Origin: Erysipelotrichaceae bacterium
GTDB lineage: Bacteria > Bacillota_I > Bacilli_A > Erysipelotrichales > Erysipelotrichaceae
DNA length: 64,000 nucleotides
Reading direction: 5' to 3'
Assembly (NCBI GenBank): GCA_036642795.1
Contig: JAVXTH010000003.1
Span: 12,443-76,442, forward strand
In this document: positions 57,823 through 64,000 of the stretch, one piece after another
Layout: each line of letters starts with the position of its first letter
How positions within the stretch are numbered: position 1 is the stretch's first letter
The notes under the pieces: model-generated
Database searches by the model: none
The model's input: the letters and a program-made list of their open reading frames with translations, nothing else
What the model was told of the DNA's origin: nothing
Program-made: the position numbers and the translations under genes

Positions 57823-58553
57823 TGGAATGTCGAATAATATGGATGTATCATGATGTTATGGATTTATATGGAGATCGTGGCAATATTCAAGTTTTGAAAT
57901 ATCGCGGGAAAGCTAGAAATATTGATGTTGTTGTTGATACTTGTGGCATTGATGAAATAAAAGATTTATCAACCTATGATATTATCTTTATTGGGGGTGG
58001 AGCAGATCGAGAGCAAGGTTTGCTTTATCAAGATTTATTAGCGAGAAAAGATAACATTAAAAAAGCAATTGATGAAGGAAGTTTTGTTTTATTGATTTGT
58101 GGAGGTTATCAATTCTTCGGTAAGTATTATATCGATGGCGATGGCAACAAAATGGAAGGCTTAGCGCTCTTTGATTATTATAGTGAAGCGCCAAGTCAAC
58201 AAAAACGCTGTATTGGAAATATTGCCGTAGAAGCAGATATTGATGGTGAGAAAATTCAAATCGTTGGCTTTGAAAATCATGGTGGTCAAACGATGAATGT
58301 GAAAACTCCATTTGCGAAAGTTTTAAAGGGGCATGGAAATACCTTCCAAGGCGAGTATGAAGGCTTCTATAATGGACAGGTCTTAGGAACTTATATGCAT
58401 GGGCCTCTGTTACCTAAAAATCCAGCTGTTGCTGACCTGATTTTAAGAAAAGGGTTGCATAAACGCTATGGTGAAGTTTTGCTTGAACAATTAGATGATT
58501 CACTAGAAGCAAAAGCAAGAGAAGTTATGATGAAGCGTTTGGGTATCGAATAA
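57822..58553 (+). CDS. gatD: Lipid II isoglutaminyl synthase, glutaminase subunit GatD (CobQ-type GATase)
   Basis: LLICGGYQFFG nucleophile motif and the YMHGPLLPKNP motif. TAATG overlap with murT. Confidence 0.85.
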   Translation: MECRIIWMYHDVMDLYGDRGNIQVLKYRGKARNIDVVVDTCGIDEIKDLSTYDIIFIGGGADREQGLLYQDLLARKDNIKKAIDEGSFVLLICGGYQFFGKYYIDGDGNKMEGLALFDYYSEAPSQQKRCIGNIAVEADIDGEKIQIVGFENHGGQTMNVKTPFAKVLKGHGNTFQGEYEGFYNGQVLGTYMHGPLLPKNPAVADLILRKGLHKRYGEVLLEQLDDSLEAKAREVMMKRLGIE

Positions 58554-58585
58554 ACAGACCATAAGTATAAAAAATCAAAAAAGCC

Positions 58586-58614
58586 TTGAATTAAACCTGT
58601 ATTTTTGATATATT
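58586..58614 (+). promoter_or_regulatory. Promoter TTGAAT-17-(TGa)TATATT for the rimP-nusA-infB operon
   Basis: Hexamers at 58586-58591 and 58609-58614 with a TG extension. Confidence 0.55.
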
Positions 58615-58631
58615 ATATCTATACTTTAAGC

Positions 58632-58656
58632 AAGGAGTGGGTGATGCCCACTCCTT
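58632..58656 (+). promoter_or_regulatory. Stable leader hairpin in the rimP-nusA 5' UTR (possible attenuator)
   Basis: 10-bp GC-rich stem AAGGAGTGGG/CCCACTCCTT with a 5-nt loop, followed by a weak U-tract (TTCATT). Confidence 0.4.
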
Positions 58657-58680
58657 CATTACGTATAAAAGGAGTAAAAT

Positions 58681-59151
58681 ATGGATCAATTAACAAAAAT
58701 TGAAGATCTAGCAAAAGAAATTCTAGCCACTCATGAACTTCAGTTGTATGAAGTTTCATGGAATCAAGAGAACAATATGCGTATTTTAAGAATTGCGATT
58801 ATGAAGTCGGATGGAACGATGGATATTGATGTTTGTGCGAGTATGTCTGAGGCAATCTCATTAAAACTGGATGAAGCTGATTTCATTACAGGCGAATATT
58901 ACTTAGAAGTATGTTCACCAGGTGCGGAACGTGAATTGCGAAGTCTTGAGGATATCAAAGGCGCTATCGGCGAATATGTTTATATTAAGCTGAAAAATGT
59001 TATGGCGAAAGGTTTATTTGAAGTATATGGAACACTTTCTAACATCGAAAATGATATGGCGATGATCGAATATATGGAAAAGGCAGTACATAAAAAAGTA
59101 ATGATTGAATTGGATAATATATCCCTAATCCGCTTAGCGGTTAAATTCTAA
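58681..59151 (+). CDS. rimP: Ribosome maturation factor RimP
   Basis: LEVCSPGAEREL motif. 156 aa. First gene of the nusA operon. Confidence 0.9.
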   Translation: MDQLTKIEDLAKEILATHELQLYEVSWNQENNMRILRIAIMKSDGTMDIDVCASMSEAISLKLDEADFITGEYYLEVCSPGAERELRSLEDIKGAIGEYVYIKLKNVMAKGLFEVYGTLSNIENDMAMIEYMEKAVHKKVMIELDNISLIRLAVKF

Positions 59152-59168
59152 GGAAAGGAAAAACCAAA

Positions 59169-60869
59169 ATGAAATTAAAAGATTTTATGGCAGCTTTGCA
59201 GGCCATTGAAAGTGATCGTATGCTTTCAAAAGAAATTGTAATTGCAGCACTTCAAGAAGCTTTATCAAAGGCATTCCGTAAACATATTGAGAATCCAGAT
59301 GCACTTGTATTAGTGGATATTAATGAAAAAACGGGTGAGATTAAAGTATATCAACAACGTAAAATTGTCGAAGAAGTTGACGATGATGATATTGAAATTT
59401 CATTAGAAGATGCAAAAGCAATTAATAAAGATTATGAATTAGAAGGTTTTGTAAACTATGAAATTGAAATTGCTTCCTTAGGGAGAGCTGCGGTTATTTT
59501 AGCTAAAAACGTAATGAAACAAAAAATTCGTGAAGCTGAAAAACAAGTCGTATATGATGAATATTGCGATAAAGTTGAAGAGATGGTCATTGGCCAAATT
59601 GAATCCGTCGAAGAAAAATTCTGTGTTGTTAATATTGGGAAAACACTTGCTTTAATGCCTAAAAATGCACAGATACCTGGTGAACGTTATCATGAAGGAC
59701 AACGTTTACGCGTTGTTATCACAGAAGTAAATCGTGAAACAAAAGGGGCACAAGTACTAGTATCAAGAGGCGATGCCAACTTAGTAAAACGTTTATTTGA
59801 AAAAGAAGTACCAGAAATATATCAAGGAATCATCGAAGTAAAAGCAATTGCTCGTGATGCCGGTGAAAGATGTAAGATGGCCGTTTATTCAAAGAATGAA
59901 AATGTTGATCCAATTGGTGCATGTATTGGGCCTAGAGGAAGTCGTGTTCAAGTTGTTATTGAAGAACTTGGTGGCGAAAAAATTGATATCTTTGAATGGA
60001 GTGAAGATGTTAGTGAATTAATTAAAAACGCCTTAGCACCAGCTGAAATTTTGGCGGTTATTCCAAGCGGTGAACGCCGTGGTTTAATGGTGATTGTGAA
60101 TGATAATCAATTATCACTTGCGATTGGTAAAAAAGGTAAGAATGCTCGTTTAGCAGTTAAACTTACGGGAAGTAAGATTGATATTAAATCGGTTAGTGAT
60201 GTAGAAGCAATTGGTATGGATTGGAAAAACATCGCAATGCAACAAAAAGAAGAAACGTTACGTGTTCAACAAGAAGCAAAAGCAAAAGCACAAAAAGAAA
60301 TTTTTGATGAAAATCATGATGAAGCAGTTGTGGTGGATGAAAAAGTCTTTGAAGAAATGATGCCATCAACACCAATAGCTGAAGAAATAAGTGAAGAAGT
60401 TGAAAAAGTAGAAGCAATAAATGAAACAGAAAAAGTTGCTGAAGTTGAAGAAATAGATGAACCAGTGAAAAAGGTTAAAGCTAAAAAAGCTGAAAAAGCT
60501 AAAGTAAGTGAAGAAGAAAGTGATCTTGAACGTGCTTCAAGAATTGCGAAAGAGAAGAAAAAACTTACGGGTATCAATATTGAAGAAAAACGTGAGTTTG
60601 TATCAAAACTTGAACAATTTGCGGAAAAAACAAATAAAGTGGATGAAAAACCAGCTCGTCCTAAATACCGTAAATTTGAAGAGAAAAAAGAAGAAGAACA
60701 TCGTAAACCTACTTATGATTTATCTAAGAAAGATTATGACTATAAACCAATTTATTCAGAAGATGAACTTGCTGAAATTGCGCGTCAAGAAGAAGAAGAA
60801 AAACAAAAAGATTGGATTAATGACGAAATTGATTTTGATGAATTTGATGAGTTTTACGAAGAAAGCTAG
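59169..60869 (+). CDS. nusA: Transcription termination/antitermination factor NusA with a long E/K-rich C-terminal extension
   Basis: N-terminal domain, S1, and two KH domains (ACIGPRGSRV, LAIGKKGKNARLA). These are followed by about 220 low-complexity acidic/lysine-rich residues. Confidence 0.9.
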   Translation: MKLKDFMAALQAIESDRMLSKEIVIAALQEALSKAFRKHIENPDALVLVDINEKTGEIKVYQQRKIVEEVDDDDIEISLEDAKAINKDYELEGFVNYEIEIASLGRAAVILAKNVMKQKIREAEKQVVYDEYCDKVEEMVIGQIESVEEKFCVVNIGKTLALMPKNAQIPGERYHEGQRLRVVITEVNRETKGAQVLVSRGDANLVKRLFEKEVPEIYQGIIEVKAIARDAGERCKMAVYSKNENVDPIGACIGPRGSRVQVVIEELGGEKIDIFEWSEDVSELIKNALAPAEILAVIPSGERRGLMVIVNDNQLSLAIGKKGKNARLAVKLTGSKIDIKSVSDVEAIGMDWKNIAMQQKEETLRVQQEAKAKAQKEIFDENHDEAVVVDEKVFEEMMPSTPIAEEISEEVEKVEAINETEKVAEVEEIDEPVKKVKAKKAEKAKVSEEESDLERASRIAKEKKKLTGINIEEKREFVSKLEQFAEKTNKVDEKPARPKYRKFEEKKEEEHRKPTYDLSKKDYDYKPIYSEDELAEIARQEEEEKQKDWINDEIDFDEFDEFYEES

Positions 60870-60881
60870 GAGGTGTTTCTT

Positions 60882-61142
60882 GTGAAGAAAATACCAATGC
60901 GTAAATGTGTAGCAACACAAGAGCGTTATCCTAAAAAGGAATTAATTCGCATTGTAAGAACACCAGAACAAACCATTTGTTTAGATCCAAGTGGAAAAAT
61001 GAATGGAAGAGGTGCTTATTTGAAAAAGAGTACAGAAGCTTTAGAAATTGCAATAAAACGTAAATCACTTGCAAGAGCATTAGAGGTTGATATTCCACAA
61101 AGTGTATACGATGAGCTTAAAACGATGTTTGAACATGAGTAA
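60882..61142 (+). CDS. ylxR: YlxR/RnpM (DUF448) RNA-binding protein
   Basis: The GTG start after the AGGAGG RBS gives VKKIPMRKCV....PKKELIRIV and GRGAYL motifs. Confidence 0.85.
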   Translation: MKKIPMRKCVATQERYPKKELIRIVRTPEQTICLDPSGKMNGRGAYLKKSTEALEIAIKRKSLARALEVDIPQSVYDELKTMFEHE

Positions 61143-61431
61143 TACAAAAGGTTTACTTGGTTTAGCAGCAAGTAGTCGAAAAATATCAACAGGCGAAACG
61201 GTGTTTGTTAGCATTCGAAAAAAACAAGCAAAACTGGTGATTATTGGAGACGATTTAGGTAATAATACACGTAAGAAGTTAATCGACAAATGCACCTTTT
61301 ATGAAATCCCTTATGTATTCTATGAAAGTAGTAAGCTATTAGGGGAAGCTATTGGGGACTATAACAAGAAATATGTTGCAATATTAGATGAGGGATTCGC
61401 TAAGAAACTTGAAGTTTGCTTGAAAGGCTAG
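61135..61431 (+). CDS. ylxQ: L7Ae-family RNA-binding protein YlxQ
   Basis: The ATG overlaps the ylxR stop (ATGAGTAA). 98 aa with a LGLA....K...GE pattern. Position before infB. Confidence 0.8.
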   Translation: MSNTKGLLGLAASSRKISTGETVFVSIRKKQAKLVIIGDDLGNNTRKKLIDKCTFYEIPYVFYESSKLLGEAIGDYNKKYVAILDEGFAKKLEVCLKG

Positions 61432-61439
61432 GTGATACT

Positions 61440-63290
61440 ATGGCAAGACCACAACAGAAAAGACGTAACAATAACAATCGTAATCGAGGAAATGTAGCAC
61501 ATGGTAAAGAAACAGTACGTATACCAACAGAGGTTATAAAGGAATTTACTTATAATGGAGTTTTATCCGTAGGTGAATTGGCAGAAAAGATTAACCGCAG
61601 TGCAGCTGAAATTATTAAATTATTGTTTATGATGGGAAATATGGTTACAATCAACTCGACATTAGATGATGAAACAATTGAACTTGTTTGTATGGAATTC
61701 AATATTGAAGTTCATAAAGAAATCATTATTGAAGAGAGTGATTTTGAAGAAATGATGGATGAAGTTGATGATGAAGCTAATTTAGTAGAACGTCCAGCTG
61801 TTGTTACCATTATGGGGCATGTTGACCATGGTAAAACAACCCTTTTGGATACCATTCGTAAAGCTCATGTAACACAGGGTGAATTTGGTGGTATTACGCA
61901 ACATATTGGTGCTTATCAAGTCCTTGTAAAAGGTAAAAAAGTAACCTTTTTAGATACGCCAGGACATGAAGCTTTTACCGCAATGAGAGCACGTGGTGCT
62001 AAAATCACCGATGTTGTTATTATTGTAGTAGCAGCAGATGATGGTGTTATGCCACAGACAAAAGAAGCAATCGATCATGCGAAAGCAGCCGGAGTTCCGG
62101 TTATTGTCGCAATTAATAAAATTGATAAAGCAGAAGCAAACGTTGAACGAATCATGTCAGAAATGAGTGATTGTGGACTTATGCCGGAAGAATGGGGTGG
62201 AACTACCATTTTCACGCAAATATCCGCTAAAATGGGAACCGGTGTTTCTGAACTATTAGAGACTGTTTTAGTACTAGCAGAAGTTGAAAACTTACGTGCT
62301 AATCCAAATAAACTAGCAAGTGGAACGGTAATTGAAGCTAAGCTAGATCGTGGTAGAGGACCAGTAGCTACTTTACTTGTTCAAGGTGGTACTTTAAATA
62401 GTGGTGATGTTATTGTAGTTGGAACAAGCTATGGTCGCGTTCGTAAGATGGTCGATGATCATGGACGTGAAATCAAGAGTGCAGGACCTTCTTCACCAGT
62501 TGAAATTATTGGTTTAAACGATGTTCCAGTTGCAGGTGATGTTTTCCGTGTCTTTGAATCGGAAAAGAAAGCTCGTCAAATTGCGGAAACACGTTTAATT
62601 AAACGAATTGATGCAGAACGTAATTCTTCTAGTGCTTTAACGCTTGATGATTTAGCTCGACGCATTGAAGAAGGCGATATTCAAGAAATTAATGTTATTG
62701 TAAAGGCAGATGTACAAGGTAGTGCAGAAGCCGTTAAAAGCTCACTTGAGCGAATTGAAATTTCAGGAGTCCGGGTTGTTGTTATTCGTTCTACCGCAGG
62801 TGCGATTACGGAATCCGATATTATGTTAGCTGCGGCATCCAATGCAGTTGTTTATGGTTTCAATGTTCGACCAAATGCGGCAGTTCGTAAGAAAGCCGAA
62901 GAAGAGAATGTTGAAATTCGTCTTCATAATATTATTTATAAAGCAATTGAAGAAATGGAACATGCTATGAAAGGTATGTTAGCACCTGTTTATGAAGAAG
63001 TTGTAATTGGACAAGGTGAAGTTCGTCAATTATATAAAGTCACAAAAATTGGAACAATTGCTGGTTGTATGGTCAGTGATGGTTGCTTTAAAAGAGATTG
63101 TAAAGTTCGTTTAATTCGTGATGGTGTTGTTGTTTATTCAGGTCAATTGGGTTCTTTAAAACGTTTCCAAAACGATGTGAAAGAAGTAGCAGCAGGTTAT
63201 GATTGCGGTATTACGATTGAAAACTTTAATGATATTAAAGAAAATGATATTATTGAAGCATATGAAGATCAAGAAGTAGAAAGCGTTTAA
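61440..63290 (+). CDS. infB: Translation initiation factor IF-2 (short N-terminus)
   Basis: [17 protein letters not shown] and NKID GTPase motifs. The ATG at 61440 has an AGGTGA RBS. 616 aa. Confidence 0.95.
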   Translation: MARPQQKRRNNNNRNRGNVAHGKETVRIPTEVIKEFTYNGVLSVGELAEKINRSAAEIIKLLFMMGNMVTINSTLDDETIELVCMEFNIEVHKEIIIEESDFEEMMDEVDDEANLVERPAVVTIMGHVDHGKTTLLDTIRKAHVTQGEFGGITQHIGAYQVLVKGKKVTFLDTPGHEAFTAMRARGAKITDVVIIVVAADDGVMPQTKEAIDHAKAAGVPVIVAINKIDKAEANVERIMSEMSDCGLMPEEWGGTTIFTQISAKMGTGVSELLETVLVLAEVENLRANPNKLASGTVIEAKLDRGRGPVATLLVQGGTLNSGDVIVVGTSYGRVRKMVDDHGREIKSAGPSSPVEIIGLNDVPVAGDVFRVFESEKKARQIAETRLIKRIDAERNSSSALTLDDLARRIEEGDIQEINVIVKADVQGSAEAVKSSLERIEISGVRVVVIRSTAGAITESDIMLAAASNAVVYGFNVRPNAAVRKKAEEENVEIRLHNIIYKAIEEMEHAMKGMLAPVYEEVVIGQGEVRQLYKVTKIGTIAGCMVSDGCFKRDCKVRLIRDGVVVYSGQLGSLKRFQNDVKEVAAGYDCGITIENFNDIKENDIIEAYEDQEVESV

Positions 63291-63294
63291 AATT

Positions 63295-63636
63295 ATGACA
63301 ATGAAAAAAGATAAAATAGAAGGAATCATTCAAAAGAATGTTTCTGAAATTATTCAATTTTCTTTAAAAGATCCTAAAATAGGCTTTGTTACGATTACCG
63401 ACGTTAGTGTTACAGGTGATTTATCACTTGCGACTATTTATGTTTCTTTCTTAGGTCAACAAGCTCGCAGTGAAGCGGGTTTAAAGGCATTAGAAAGAGG
63501 TAAAGGTTATATTCGTAGTGAACTTGCGAAACGAATGACAATTCGTAAAGTACCAGATCTTAGATTTAAAATTGATGTTTCTTTAGATAAGGGCAATAAG
63601 ATTGATGCCATTATAAGAAAAATCCAAAAAGATTAA
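63295..63636 (+). CDS. rbfA: Ribosome-binding factor A
   Basis: The DP....VTITDV.V.GDL..A.IY pattern and the R.VP.L.F motif. Confidence 0.9.
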   Translation: MTMKKDKIEGIIQKNVSEIIQFSLKDPKIGFVTITDVSVTGDLSLATIYVSFLGQQARSEAGLKALERGKGYIRSELAKRMTIRKVPDLRFKIDVSLDKGNKIDAIIRKIQKD

Positions 63637-63640
63637 AAAA

Positions 63641-63673
63641 AAGGACAGGCGATGATTCATTGCCTGTCTTTTC
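63641..63673. terminator. Bidirectional intrinsic terminator between rbfA and the convergent membrane-protein gene
   Basis: GGACAGGC/GCCTGTCT stem flanked by an A8 run and a T-run. Confidence 0.7.
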
Positions 63674-64000
63674 TTATAACTTCTTTTCATGTTTTAGTAA
63701 GAATATATTGGATAAATTAGAGAAGAGCGACATCAATAAGGGAATGCAAACAATACCAGCTAATGTAATCGCTGCATTTAATAAACTGAGATAAGTAAGT
63801 GAAAATAAATTTCTAAATAAAACAACACTTAAAACAAATAAGGCTGTCATACTAATAAAAATAATCGCTCTTTGCTTACTGAATGGAATACTTACTTGAT
63901 ATAAAACACATAAGCCACTTGCTCCGGTCATTAAGACAATCATCGTTGATTTTACCGCTTCATCAATATTCAAGAAATAAGCAACCGTATTTAAGAAGAT
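63674..64000 (-). CDS. C-terminal part of an integral membrane protein (gene continues beyond the window)
   Basis: The frame stays open up to the window edge, with no stop upstream of the track TTG start. Three hydrophobic helices. Family not identifiable. Confidence 0.45.
   Translation of the reverse strand: MFLNTVAYFLNIDEAVKSTMIVLMTGASGLCVLYQVSIPFSKQRAIIFISMTALFVLSVVLFRNLFSLTYLSLLNAAITLAGIVCIPLLMSLFSNLSNIFLLKHEKKL

Noticed and set aside
2069-58311. Many short nested or antisense ORFs in the track (for example 2069-2335, 6205-6450, 7636-7911, 9996-10235, 11014-12858, 15754-16289, 18270-18476, 19285-19473, 20975-21214, 22376-22633, 25659-25844, 26305-26605, 27214-27459, 29057-29257, 31122-31313, 34735-34944, 36517-36708, 37614-37805, 42078-42411, 44488-44670, 45298-45594, 46098-46358, 47335-47589, 49282-49467, 53405-53602, 56960-57175, 58057-58311)
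   Set aside because: Each lies wholly inside, or antisense to, a longer ORF with a clear family assignment. They lack SD sequences and have the skewed composition expected of off-frame AT-rich DNA.
60193-60885. Alternative-frame and antisense ORFs (74, 87 and 125 aa) within the 3' part of nusA
   Set aside because: They are products of the repetitive GAA/AAA-rich codons of the NusA E/K tail. Their sequences are low-complexity (poly-L/F or poly-K), and they have no RBS.
1-64000. Scan for CRISPR arrays, IS or transposon ends, integrases, prophage genes, tRNA/rRNA genes and defence or toxin-antitoxin modules
   Set aside because: I saw no regularly spaced direct repeats, no transposase-, recombinase- or phage-like ORFs, and no tRNA-like T-loop/acceptor patterns in the intergenic gaps. 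Every ORF larger than 100 aa has a housekeeping-type assignment or is a single isolated hypothetical.

Overview
This window is a low-GC Firmicutes chromosomal core region. All family calls come from motif recognition and gene order, because no database search was possible.

Gene order closely follows well-known Bacillus subtilis housekeeping clusters:
- yqeG-yqeH-yhbY-nadD/yqeK-rsfS-yqeM-mtnN
- dnaD-nth, then ponA-recU (minus strand), then gpsB-rnpB
- rodZ-pgsA-cinA-recA-rny-ymdB
- ferredoxin, miaB, an rnjB-like RNase J, ftsK/spoIIIE
- a BMP-lipoprotein nucleoside-type ABC transporter
- an M16 peptidase pair (ymfF/ymfH-like)
- a tail-less ssb, proBA, nfnAB-like genes
- T-box-leuS, yebC, aroD, and aroE-aroK (minus strand)
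- tmcAL, yceD-rpmF, murT-gatD
- rimP-nusA-ylxR-ylxQ-infB-rbfA

An intact pro-sigma-K gene points to an endospore-forming lineage. The fused nadD-yqeK and aroE-aroK genes are compatible with Erysipelotrichia or Clostridia-like organisms, but that is inference only.

I found no transposase, integrase, phage, CRISPR, restriction-modification, toxin-antitoxin or recognisable defence genes. This is an ordinary core region, not an accessory island, and I do not see a convincing multi-gene novel system.

The best leads are non-coding:
1. A free-standing C-rich sRNA candidate of about 140 nt, with its own promoter and terminator (39984-40160).
2. An orphan structured region of about 270 nt, rich in CU motifs, with its own promoter and terminator, between nfnB and the leuS T-box (46564-46850).
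3. A pseudoknot-capable element upstream of the proBA promoter.

Protein-level oddities:
- an RNase J paralog with several catalytic residues substituted
- the NadD-YqeK and AroE-AroK fusions
- a NusA with an E/K-rich tail of about 220 aa
- a divergent stand-alone PurC-like gene
- a tail-less SSB

Two real small genes are absent from the supplied ORF track: a 57-aa ferredoxin and ribosomal protein L32.
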